From an uncultured virus (IMG/VR IMGVR_UViG_3300035670_013234) (Duplodnaviria > Heunggongvirae > Uroviricota > Caudoviricetes): a stretch of 58,018 nt of DNA. Of the stretch, positions 18,177 to 29,400 are shown one piece after another (within the stretch, counting starts at the first letter, position 1; each line of letters opens with the position of its first letter). The notes under the pieces were generated by a model. It was not told the origin of the DNA and ran no database searches. It worked only from the letters and a program-made list of their open reading frames with translations. The translations under genes and the position numbers were made by a program. Location of the stretch: the IMG/VR virus record IMGVR_UViG_3300035670_013234; one strand, 5' to 3'.

Positions 18177-19168
18177 GTGATATTAGGTGCTTCCTCAACA
18201 GTTTCATCGAATCCATATGCTGAAGTAGCATTGGCCGAAAGTGGATCTGGTTGTACAGTCAGATTTACTAGTTGGTTTGATCCATACTCAAAACTATTTA
18301 AATTCCAATCTGAGTTGGAAATTATTCCACGAATTCTATTATTAGATGCAAAAGTGCCAAAGGTATCATATACAATTAATGTATTGGATGTATTGGCCCA
18401 GCCGCTAACATAAGCACGTGCAAAAGAGGACTCAAGCGTTGGCCCTTGGTATACCAATTCGCCAGTGCTGAATTTGCCTGATCCCGAGGATAACTTTAGA
18501 GTTTGAGTTCCATCGCCAGGAATATTGCCAAATGTATTAGCAGTGACTTTGCGAATAATTTTGACCGAATTGATTGGCCCAAACAAATATCCTTTCATTG
18601 TAAAATTTAAATTCCAGATTAATGTTCTGGTTGGTTCAGGCAGACCCTCAAAGTCTGGTTCATAATTGATTGTATTGAATACAATCGGAACATCAAGTTT
18701 GACATTATCCATTCCAACAAAGTCAAGAGTGACTGTGTAATCTGGAGCGAAGTATGGTAGAATCTGCTCAACTATCTGAGTACCATCTTCGGTATTACGA
18801 ACAAAGATACTTAGATTAAAATCAAAATTATATGGAACCCATTTTACTCGATTGGCCGTATCGTTGCCAGCATTTTCGTAAAGGTCAATATGTGAAGACA
18901 ATTTACGCTGAGCGTCATAAGTTAGCCCAGTCATTTCAAACGCCATTCTTGGTAAAACAGTCAGCGTCTGATTGGCTAGGTTTGGATCTTCCGTAATTCG
19001 ACGATAGAACTTTTCTTTGTTGGCATAACTGATTGGAACATTAATGCGTTCAATTTCAGTCAACCCATCTTGAGTGTATCGAACAAGTTTAAGATTGTTG
19101 AATACGTTACCAAAGGCAACGACCATCTTACGAATTATGCGATGATAATAATGCTGATTAGATAACAT
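18173..19168 (-). CDS. gp15: Tail sheath stabiliser/terminator
   Basis: YHRIIRKMVVAFGNVFNN, VPISY, LPRMAFE, QIVEQILPYFAP; extra C-terminal domain. Confidence 0.95.
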   Translation of the reverse strand: MLSNQHYYHRIIRKMVVAFGNVFNNLKLVRYTQDGLTEIERINVPISYANKEKFYRRITEDPNLANQTLTVLPRMAFEMTGLTYDAQRKLSSHIDLYENAGNDTANRVKWVPYNFDFNLSIFVRNTEDGTQIVEQILPYFAPDYTVTLDFVGMDNVKLDVPIVFNTINYEPDFEGLPEPTRTLIWNLNFTMKGYLFGPINSVKIIRKVTANTFGNIPGDGTQTLKLSSGSGKFSTGELVYQGPTLESSFARAYVSGWANTSNTLIVYDTFGTFASNNRIRGIISNSDWNLNSFEYGSNQLVNLTVQPDPLSANATSAYGFDETVEEAPNIT

Positions 19169-20037
19169 TATACTTCACCGAATGGATTTGTTTCGCTGAA
19201 GTCAAGTATATTACTTGCTTCAGTTTGTAATAGAACGTTGTCATCAAACTCTGATGCTGAATTTTCCATAGGATCAAAATTCGCAAGAGTATAACTTGCC
19301 CCAGTTTCTACGCCAATAATAGGCGATGTATTGGTAAATACACCCTTGATGTTTCTTAGTCTCAGTTCCAGATTGACTCGATCAAACTCAGCAACAATAC
19401 CTTTGGCTGTTGCGCTTCCGATACTTGCTCCCTGATATACTGGCTCGCCTCGAATATATGATGTTGTCTGTCCAGCTTCTACCATATCAAACGTCAAGGA
19501 AGGAGCAACGTTGTCAGCAATTTGATCTACAACGTCCATACCTGTATTCAAGAATTCGCCATTATATTTAAATGTTTCTATTGACAGTCCATACATATAT
19601 GGTGCAACTTTACCAAGCTGGAAGAAGTTCTTTTCTTCTTCGACAAATCGAACCTCAAGCAACTTTTCTTGAATAGGAAGATAAATTAAATCGCCTTCCT
19701 TTGGAAACTTTCTTACAGCCGAAGGAACTAGGCGCTGGAATGTTCGACGCGCAACTGCAACTTTGGCTGTCTTGTCAATCTGCAGACCAAACTTAGAAAA
19801 GAATTCTTGCTGACCTTCAAAGTCATTGAATGTTTCAAGATACATATCAATCTTATATGCCTTGTCATAATATTTGACAGGATCATCACCAAACAATTTA
19901 TCAATGCTGCTCTGTGAAGTTCTTGGTAGGTAATAGATGTCGATGCCGTGATTGCGGATTGATTCAATAATTAAATCTTCGACCAGAAACTGTTCACGAG
20001 TTGCATTTTGATTGTTGAAATATACCGATGTTGGCAT
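19168..20037 (-). CDS. gp14: Neck protein
   Basis: EDLIIESI, YYLPR, FSKFGL, PKEGDLIY, C-terminal DFSETNPFG. Confidence 0.96.
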   Translation of the reverse strand: MPTSVYFNNQNATREQFLVEDLIIESIRNHGIDIYYLPRTSQSSIDKLFGDDPVKYYDKAYKIDMYLETFNDFEGQQEFFSKFGLQIDKTAKVAVARRTFQRLVPSAVRKFPKEGDLIYLPIQEKLLEVRFVEEEKNFFQLGKVAPYMYGLSIETFKYNGEFLNTGMDVVDQIADNVAPSLTFDMVEAGQTTSYIRGEPVYQGASIGSATAKGIVAEFDRVNLELRLRNIKGVFTNTSPIIGVETGASYTLANFDPMENSASEFDDNVLLQTEASNILDFSETNPFGEV

Positions 20038-20039
20038 GA

Positions 20040-20801
20040 TTATCCAACCTCAAACATCGGTGGTTCTTCGTAGGTATCTCTGAGTTCTTCGTCGAGCTTT
20101 TCTAGTTCTGTGATTGCTTCAAGATATATCTGAGGGCCATTGATTACCATTCCACCTGGCAAAACATAGTTGCCATACTTAGAAAGGTTTGCTCCCCATT
20201 GTTTTTTAATTAGCTGAGTTGCATAATTTTTGAGCCAGTTATCATTCCATACTTTTGTAAATACTTCTGGATCAAGAACCTTAAAGCATTCAATTAAAAT
20301 AAACTTTCCTGGAGCTGCTTCGTTTGGCCAGCTCATGTCAATGTGTAATCGCCCTTCGCGCTTATTGAATCGGAATGGGTTATCGCCAGTAAGAATCATC
20401 TCAAGCATTCTAATATGGGATCTGGCAATGTAATAATATGTATAAGAGGAAGAAGTGAAGTCGTATAATTCGTTTAATCGAAGCTGATAATTCAGATCAA
20501 AGATATTGAAGTCGACCGAAGATCCGCCACCAGAAACAGTTCCTGAAACTGGAAATACTTGTTTAACTCCAATAATTGATTCTGGTAGAGTAAAATAGGT
20601 ATTGCTAATATCTGCCTGATTGACTTGAATAGCCAGATACTCTTTGGTAGTCCCATCATAATGATAGTCAGCATACTTTGACAGCGCATCGTCGATACGA
20701 TCTTCTACCTGATCGTCATCGACATTAATATCAATAACAGGAAATCCAAGTTTTCTTAGGCAATAATCTTTGAATTCTGTTCTTGAGGCTGGTTTTGCCA
20801 T
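20040..20801 (-). CDS. gp13: Neck protein
   Basis: YCLRKLGFPVIDINVDDDQVEDRID, WLKNYATQLIKKQWGANL.K, LPGG. Confidence 0.97.
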   Translation of the reverse strand: MAKPASRTEFKDYCLRKLGFPVIDINVDDDQVEDRIDDALSKYADYHYDGTTKEYLAIQVNQADISNTYFTLPESIIGVKQVFPVSGTVSGGGSSVDFNIFDLNYQLRLNELYDFTSSSYTYYYIARSHIRMLEMILTGDNPFRFNKREGRLHIDMSWPNEAAPGKFILIECFKVLDPEVFTKVWNDNWLKNYATQLIKKQWGANLSKYGNYVLPGGMVINGPQIYLEAITELEKLDEELRDTYEEPPMFEVG

Positions 20802-20835
20802 TTATTCTTCTCGTTTAATTTGTTGTCCAGTTAAC

Positions 20836-20843
20836 TATTTATT
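20836..20843 (-). promoter_or_regulatory. Late promoter variant for the gp13-gp17 operon
   Basis: AATAAATA overlapping the stop of the upstream ORF, 35 nt before gp13. Confidence 0.65.
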
Positions 20844-21381
20844 CCCATGTTAATGGTGGCAATTCTGGTTCTATTTCTTCATAACCAGAAGGTATTGGCC
20901 TAGTACCATTTTGAACTTCATCCAATATTTCATAAAGAGTGTTCCAAGTGCTAGATCGTAATTCTACAGCCCTCTGCCCTTCTGTGGAGAACTTTGGATC
21001 TGGATCTGTTGCATAAGTACAAGCAGAAAGAATACCATCATAGTATCTAGTTTGCGCAAAAGAGTCTAATCTTGCTTGCGTTGAATCAATAATATTCTTT
21101 TGTAGTTTTTGTAATTTAATTTGTTCTTCTGCTGATAATTCTTCTTCTGATTTGTCTACAACTTCTACTGCATAAACAACGCCATCTTCAATATATGGAA
21201 TGACAGAAACAAGTCTTTGAGTAGAACTATCATAAGATCTCCAAAAATTTACTACATAACAAGAATTTTCTATAAGAAATTCTTCAGGTGCGCCTGATGC
21301 AGGAAAGGATATATTTGGAAAAATATCTCCCAATTCTGCAACTTGCTCAATAATATCATCAACAACTCTTGCTACGATCAT
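20839..21381 (-). CDS. Tail-fibre assembly/chaperone-like protein
   Basis: Acidic 180 aa; FPNISFP N-terminal motif, QARLDSFAQTR.YD...SA.TY and C-terminal LPPLTW typical of fibre-associated chaperones; follows fibre genes. Confidence 0.65.
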   Translation of the reverse strand: MIVARVVDDIIEQVAELGDIFPNISFPASGAPEEFLIENSCYVVNFWRSYDSSTQRLVSVIPYIEDGVVYAVEVVDKSEEELSAEEQIKLQKLQKNIIDSTQARLDSFAQTRYYDGILSACTYATDPDPKFSTEGQRAVELRSSTWNTLYEILDEVQNGTRPIPSGYEEIEPELPPLTWE

Positions 21382-21382
21382 A

Positions 21383-23449
21383 TTATCTTCCTGGTAATCT
21401 TTCTGGTGGCGTGAAGTTTGCAGTATAACGAATATTTCCTTTAGTTATCCTAAAGCCATCCATATAACCTATCCATGGATATGGATTTGTAGTAGAGAAG
21501 TAACCAATATATCCTGGTAATGCTTTATCGTGATTTGCAGATCCGTTTGGAGTATTTTGAGTTGATCTTAGAACTCCATTTAGATATAATTTTAAAGTGT
21601 TTCCACTTCTAGTTCCAGCAAAATGCGTCCAAGTGTTAAGCGACAATGCAATGTCGCTTAAAACATATTCAGAAGCTGAGCTGTTTCCATATCCAAAATA
21701 TGGCCGACCAGTAGTAATCGTATGCACAAAAAACCACCCAACACTTGAAGATGTTCCGTCATTGGCTCGATTGTATATAGACCTATAATTACTAAAAGAT
21801 GTAGGATACAACCAAGCCTCTAAACAAAAATCAGCTGTACCAAAATCTAATGACTCATTGTTTAAAATTTCAATATAATCCCCAGTACCATCAAAATACA
21901 CAGAAGAACTATTATAATTGGTTATATTAGTTCGAACCTGCGCGTTTCCTCTAGTTAACAAATTATTTAATTTGGCACCGTCATATATTGGAGCTTCGGA
22001 ACCAGTTAATAACAGTTTTGTATTTGATATGTCTGTTAATGTCTGCATCGGCGGCGTAAAATTACTAGTGTATAGAGCTGTACCTCTAAGTACACGTAGG
22101 TTTGAAATATATCCATTAAACCATCTTGCCGCAGAAGAAGACGCTCCTTTACCTGCAGTAACAATAAATCCACTTACACCTGTGCTATTATCAGGAGTTC
22201 CTGTTATTGTTCCTGTTGCAGAAGATACACCATTAATATAAATTGTTAAAGCGTTCGAATTATTAACAAATGCTAAATGAGTCCATCTGTTTAAAGGTAT
22301 TGTAGCTGATGTTGTCACAGTTCTTATTTGAGGAACTGATGTATCATAATAATAAAATCTTACTGTGCCGCCTAATATGGGCCCAAAACTAAAAGACTCT
22401 CCTGTAGTTGTTAAAGCTATAGATCCGTAAGCTGGACTGCCTCCATTTTCGCTCGAAGAGAACGCTCTCGGATATACCCACATCTCAATAGTATAGTTTG
22501 TATTATACCATTGACACAAATCCGAAGAAGTTGGAGCAGTTAAATAATCTCCAGTTCCATCAAAATTATAACTACCGCCATTTGTATCTGAAGACCAAGG
22601 AGAACTTGAGGTGAACTGACTGAATGGATAGGCTGATGATATTGTGGAAGTTAATGTTAGAGCAGATGAGCTACTATCTTTAACTATGTAATCTTGTACT
22701 GTCAATAACTTAGTATTGGTTATTGCAGTTAATGGTGCAGTTGGTACAGTTATAGTACTGGATGTAGCATTGTATGGGTTTGAGCCTACCACGATTCTGG
22801 CATTAGAAATATATCCTTGGCATTGATATCCGCTATACCCGTTCAGATATCTAAATGTACCATTATAAGATGAAGTTCCTGTACCTACTCTAGTGCCATT
22901 ATAAAATATGGAACAAGTCGTACCAGTTCTACACCAAACTACGTGGTTCCATTGATTGAATTTAAATGTGCCAGCAGCTGCCGAAGTGGAAGCATTAAAT
23001 CCTTCCATAATCATTCCTATACTACCATTATTACCTACCTGGAATTGAAGATTTCCTGCATTACCACCCGCGCCAAAAATATTAGAACCAGCAAATATAT
23101 TTCCATATGACTGGCCAGTATTACTACCAGTTAAAAACAACCACGCTTCGCAGCAGAAATCTTGAGAAGTATTGGCTGTAATATCTGATGGCCAAGTAAT
23201 ATTATTAGAAGTGGTAAATCTAGCGGACCATTTACCAGCTTCTTTAGAAAAAGGAGAAAATGCACCAATACTGGTATCTCCTAATCTAGTTATTGTATTG
23301 TTTATTGATGATATATCATCAGCAGTTAAATTTTGGGCACCATTAGCAGAGCTAGTCCCTTGCATCAATAATACAACATTTTCGAAAAAAGGATCTGCTG
23401 GAGAAGTTTTTCCTCCACTAGCCAATATTGGCATCAATAGTTCATTCAT
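21383..23449 (-). CDS. Triple LamG/concanavalin-A-like lectin domain virion protein
   Basis: Three repeats of (F/Y)xxExW...W.H...R/N...+Y.NG...GY(I/M)(S/D)..R+..G...Y..NFT.P; FDGTGDY motifs. Confidence 0.85.
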   Translation of the reverse strand: MNELLMPILASGGKTSPADPFFENVVLLMQGTSSANGAQNLTADDISSINNTITRLGDTSIGAFSPFSKEAGKWSARFTTSNNITWPSDITANTSQDFCCEAWLFLTGSNTGQSYGNIFAGSNIFGAGGNAGNLQFQVGNNGSIGMIMEGFNASTSAAAGTFKFNQWNHVVWCRTGTTCSIFYNGTRVGTGTSSYNGTFRYLNGYSGYQCQGYISNARIVVGSNPYNATSSTITVPTAPLTAITNTKLLTVQDYIVKDSSSSALTLTSTISSAYPFSQFTSSSPWSSDTNGGSYNFDGTGDYLTAPTSSDLCQWYNTNYTIEMWVYPRAFSSSENGGSPAYGSIALTTTGESFSFGPILGGTVRFYYYDTSVPQIRTVTTSATIPLNRWTHLAFVNNSNALTIYINGVSSATGTITGTPDNSTGVSGFIVTAGKGASSSAARWFNGYISNLRVLRGTALYTSNFTPPMQTLTDISNTKLLLTGSEAPIYDGAKLNNLLTRGNAQVRTNITNYNSSSVYFDGTGDYIEILNNESLDFGTADFCLEAWLYPTSFSNYRSIYNRANDGTSSSVGWFFVHTITTGRPYFGYGNSSASEYVLSDIALSLNTWTHFAGTRSGNTLKLYLNGVLRSTQNTPNGSANHDKALPGYIGYFSTTNPYPWIGYMDGFRITKGNIRYTANFTPPERLPGR

Positions 23450-26400
23450 AATAATTTCCCATAAACAGTTGTTCCTGCGTTTCTGGTCCAGAAAATGAAG
23501 AAATCTGTTCCAGAAGATTGTAAAGTTCTACCTACATCTGTCAAATATGTAGATATCGAAGTTGTGAAGGTTCCATCGGATTTAATCCAGTTTACAGTTG
23601 GCCATGTAACAGTGGCGGATCCTCCATTTACCAATTCCATTTGAAGCATACCCATGTTCCCGCTAGGAGGGAAATTGCTGAACGCAATAGTAAGAGCACC
23701 ACCGACTTGCATTCTCTGCAAACTTCCACCAGTGTAATCAAATGTTTGCGTACCAGTTGTCTGTGTTCCTTTATCAACATACACAGTTCCCATGTCTTTG
23801 GTCATACCACGGGTAATTGTGTTATCTTCAAACGCCACAGTTCCTGTTGAGAACGTTGTAGTATTAGAGTTGATTGCAAATGCTGTACTTGGTGCTGATG
23901 TTCCAGTACTTGACGCAACTCTGAATTGAATTTCACCAGGAACATATCGACCAATAGTTCCTTCTCCTACTAAACCAGCTATTTCCGACGAATCTGTAAA
24001 TGAGGTGCCATTAGCAGCATTCCAACGAACTTCGCCAATACCATCTCCAGCAGATACTGCAGTATACGTTCCAATAGTAGAGGAACCACTTCTAGACATG
24101 GAAAACCCACCAAGAGTGCTAGGGTTGGTGGTTCTGTCTCTCCATTTAACTACACCAACCGCAGAATCGGCAAAGACTGTAGATATAGAGTGTAATTGTA
24201 CTGATGGTGTTCCTCCTGTTCCTCCTATAGCATAAGCAACTGGAGAACCAACAACAACAGTTCCAGTAGAATCAATGACAAATGGAGTTGCATCTGGGTT
24301 TGTTGAATCTTCTATTACGATTGCGTTACCAGTACCTGTTTGGGTGATTCGCAGAGCATCATCAACAGTGGTGTTAATGATTAATACATTACCTGTTATG
24401 CTGGCACCACCAGAAGAAGTGTTTATTTGACTGGTAAATCGAGGAATTCCTATAAAACTAACGTTAGCATTACCAGAAGTCCCTGAACCAACTGAAACTG
24501 TAATAGTGGATGTATTGTTAAAATTCAATCCCACGCTAGAAAGTGTAGAGCCAGTATTTGCTGAAACACGCACAGTGTTTGCAGCCGCAATTGCAGTGGT
24601 GGTTGCTGAATTTGCTTGATTATATGCTAAATTTGCTTGGGCATATGCCGAGTTTAGTGCAGGAGCTAAAACAACATTTGTTCCTTTGTATGTAAACGCA
24701 GCGTTAGAAACTGCCAGCAATTGCTGTGAATATGGACCACCAAGAACATTATTTTTATCTATTACATAGAAGCCATCATTGCTGTCATTGCCTCTAATTC
24801 CAATAACAAAGTGGGCAGCATCTGCAGCTTCGATTATTGAGCCAGAAGTGCTTCCTGGTAGTACTGAATCTATATCAGTATCGGAAGAAGTCCATTGTCT
24901 TATAAAAGTTGTTCCGCCAATAACTACGTTGTTTAAGAATCTAACTCTTCCAGATACAGATAAACTAAATTGATCTAGATCACTAGTCGACCCGATTCCG
25001 ACTGAACCAGCAAAGTAGTTATTTGCTGTTCCGCTGGCATAGAAGTTCCATCTATTTGCAGCAGCAGCACTTGCAGATAAAACTCCATAGCTAGTGTTTG
25101 CATTTGTAATAGCTTCAACAGAAACTCCATAGAAATTAGAAATATTGTTTCCAGAAGCCGCACCAAGAGAAGGATTGGGTACTCTAAGGCCATATGCGTT
25201 AGTTATTGTTCCATTTGGCCCTTGAGATGTGATGCTTGTCTGGAATGCAGCCATACTTGGAATGGTGCCAGTGAAATTGTGTGTTCCTTGTCCAACAACT
25301 CCTACAAGAGCTCCAGTAGATGCATGTCCAGAACTCGTCACAACCCAACCAGCAACACCAACAGAACTAGCTATACCCGATGCCTTTGTCGCATCAATCC
25401 TAGACAAGGTTCCATATTCAGATAATGTTGTATCTGATGCTTGATCATACACATATAACTTAGACTGGTTTGTAAACCCTCCAATTCCAACTGTCCCTGC
25501 GAAATAGTTATTTGCCGTCCCAGCAGAATAGAACCCCCACTTGTTTGCACCAGCAGATACTCCAGAATAGAATCCGTAGTCGTTTAAACCAGAAGTTAGA
25601 TCGCTTGTGTAATACCCAAACAAATTAGTTATTGTATTGGCGCCACCAGTTCCTAAGCCAGCATTTTGACAGTAAAAATTATAACCATCTGTTATAGTTC
25701 CACCACCGACAGATTGAATATATGAACCGACGCCTGCGGCTGCCGCGACCGTCGCTGTGCTTCCGTGCGAAAATGCGCCAGCCACTCCTCGAGCAAAATG
25801 ATCTGTAGAACTAGAACTTGGGCTGGTGAGGGCTAGGCCATAAACAGCAACTTTAGCATTTGCACCACCAGCAGAAGAGTCAGTCAGGAGTCCATATATT
25901 CCATAGTTCGATTCAATTGAACTAGAATTAAATGTAGTATACAATTTAGTAGATGGCACTGGAACAGTTGTTCCAATACTAACGTTTCCACCAGCATCGA
26001 TGATAAATGGAGTTGCATCTGGATTTGTTGAATCTTCAACAACGAATGCATTACCAGATCCTGTCTGATTGATTCGCAGAGCATCAGTTGCGCTATCAAC
26101 TTGTATAGTTAAATCTGTATATATTTTTGTCTTAGCGATATCATTAGAGTTTTGGTATGTGGCTAGTGTTTCAGTTCCATTAATATAAAACCGATGCCCC
26201 AAAGACCCCGCAGTTATCGGTGTTGTATTGGTGTCACATTTATATTTCGTAAATTTCGCATTATTGTTTGCTGAAATTGAAATATATTCTGGCCCAGCCG
26301 CTCCTGTATTTTCTAGTATTGAATATTGTGTGCTATTTCTTTTTAATATTAGTGATCCGCCAACATCGTCAGCAACTTGCGTTATTGATACATTTCCTTT

Positions 26401-29400
26401 AATATCTACTGTGTCCGCCCAATTTGAAGCGTCTGTAGTATCAGTTTCTCCATATCCTACTCTAAATGTATTAGCAACATATAAGTTACCATCAGTCGTA
26501 AGCGCCATCGCACCTTGCGCACTAGTGTGGCTAGAATCTCCCCACCAAAAACCTCTATCTGAATTATTACTAAATCTAAATGTCATTGCCCAGTTATTCA
26601 GAGGGCCGAAGGTTATAGCACTAACCATTCCTATGCCAAAAGACGCTTCCGTTCCATACAATGTAAATTTCGTATAACTTGAACTCAACGTTGATGCAAA
26701 CTGTTCAGAATATACATCCCTCCATAATCTGGTAGAAGAACCAAGATCATATGTTAAGTTTGCTGATGGGATTATACTTGCTGCAGCTGCACCAACGTTA
26801 TTGTCGTTCCATACTTTAGCATTATTAGAAAAAATATCTCCGTCTCTAAAAACGTAAGTGTCCCAACTAACTAAGCCACCAGCTGTGACTGGTCCATCTT
26901 GTACGAAAAGTTGAAATCCTGTTCCACTTCCACCATTTCTGAAAGCAAATGCACCATCTTGGGTATTTTTAGCTTCCCATCTTGTGTCGACACCATCATA
27001 GTATGCATTAAATCCAACATATCCCCCAACCGCAAAATCAGCTGTGGTTGTTGCAGTCCCACCCACTATCAAAAATTGATCTATATCATACCCATCTAAC
27101 AAATCAGCATTTAGGTTGTTAACCTTTGTTGTCGAAGAAACAGCAAATGGTGTAGTGTTTTGGAACAAAACAGTTTTGTTTGATTGGAAAAATGTATTTG
27201 AATTTAATGTTGTAGTTGGAGAAGTGATATTTACATTTCCACCAACATTCAATCCCCCAGCAACACCCACACCACCAGCTACTTTCAGAGCACCTGTTGT
27301 TGTGCTTGTGGAATTGGTATTACCAACAATATTAACATTTTCAAAATAATTGATGCTATTTCCAACTGAAGCGTTATATTGATCAGTTCCAGTTGACCCA
27401 ACAGTGGCGCCATTTTCATACGTTATTGTATGGGTTCCATTAACTGCATAACATTCAATTACAAGATGATATTCTCTAAATTGAGCTTCGTTTTGAATTT
27501 GGATTTCATAGTTGCCTGTTGATGTTTTGACTGCACGAATTCTATCTCCTGGTCCGCGAACAACACAAAGATCTGGAGTGTTTGTAGTAGTGCTTTCTGT
27601 ACGAACGCAGGCAACCATATATGTTTCAAAATCTGAATTGACAGATCCTTGTATTGCGTGCGACCAATTTGGATCTGTTACAATTATCTTGAACCCAATC
27701 GTTGAGTACAAGACGTCTGCTAGAGAAGCAACAATAAATCTCCTCCATGTGCCTGCAACAGCACTACCAAAATCTATATTCAGTTTAAATGTTGGTTGAG
27801 CCTCATAACCATGGTTCACTCCGCCCAAAAACCTACCAATTCCAGCAGCTTGTAACACATTAGTAGTTTTATCAAACGTTAAATTGGCATTGGCACCAAC
27901 AGAACCACCATCATTAAAAAGTATTTGAGTGGTTGATCCTGGTGTTGTTAATGTTCCTGTTGCGCCTTGGACTCCTTGGAATCCTTGAGAACCAACTGCG
28001 CCCTGCCTGCCCTGTTGACCTTGTACTCCTTGGAATCCTTGAGGCCCAGCTGAACCTTGTACTCCTTGAAATCCTTGAGGCCCAGCTGAACCTTGTACTC
28101 CTTGAAATCCTTGTGGACCGACAGCGCCTTGTACTCCTTGGAATCCTTGTGGACCAGCTGAACCTTGTCGACCTTGAAATCCTTGTGGACCAACTGCTCC
28201 TTGGACTCCCTGGAATCCTTGAAATCCTTGAGCTCCAACAGCACCTTGTACTCCTTGGAATCCTTGAGCCCCGACAGCACCTTGTCTGCCTTGTTGACCT
28301 TGAACTCCTTGGAAACCTTGAGCTCCAACTGCACCTTGCGGTCCTTGAGTTCCTGGAGTACCCGCTAGGTTAATCGTCCAAAAAGTGAATGTGCCAGATC
28401 CACTAGTTGAAGTTGCATTGATATCTAGAGAGCCAGTACCAGAATTATAGCTGGTAACAGTACCCTCAACATAGTTCGTTGATGTGTTAGCTGCTCGAAC
28501 AGTCTGGGAAGTAGAATATGCTAGTCCAGTTGCAACAGTGAATACTTTCGAGCCAGTTCCAATAGTAATAGATGTTGTACTAGTGGTTGCATACTTATCG
28601 CCAGCGGTTCCTTGAATTCCCTGATGACCTTGAAATCCCCGTTGGCCCTGGATACCTTGAAACCCTTGAGCCCCGACAGCACCTTGTCTGCCTTGTTGAC
28701 CTTGAACTCCTTGAAATCCTTGAGCTCCAACAGCACCTTGTACTCCTTGGAAACCTTGTGGACCAGCTGATCCTTGTCTGCCTTGTTGACCTTGAACTCC
28801 TTGGAACCCTTGTGGACCAATATCACCTTGAACTCCTTGGAATCCTTGTGGACCAATATCACCTTGAACTCCTTGGAATCCTTGAGGCCCAGCTGAACCT
28901 TGTCGACCTTGAAATCCTTGAGCTCCAGCGGCTCCTTGAATACCCTGGAATCCTTGAGGCCCAGCTGAACCTTGTCGACCTTGAAATCCTTGTGGACCGA
29001 CAGCGCCTTGGACTCCTTGGAATCCTTGAGGCCCAGCTGAACCTTGTACTCCTTGGAATCCTTGCGCACCAACAGCACCTTGGACTCCCTGGAATCCTTG
29101 AGCCCCGACAGCACCCTGTCTGCCTTGTTGACCTTGCGCTCCAACTGATCCTTGTCTACCTTGAGAACCTTGAACACCAGTTGCAGTAAACTGAATATTG
29201 GCATTACCACCAATACCTGCAGTCACTGATACTGTGACTGTTGCGCTATTGCGGAAGTTAAGGCTATCAGCTGTAACTGTCGATGCGCTATCAACTGAAA
29301 CTGGAATATCAGCTAGGCCACCGCCTCCACCAGAACCAGCATAATTATCTGTGCGCCAAGAGAATCCGTCCCAAGTCCAGACAGTACCGTCTTCGGCTGT

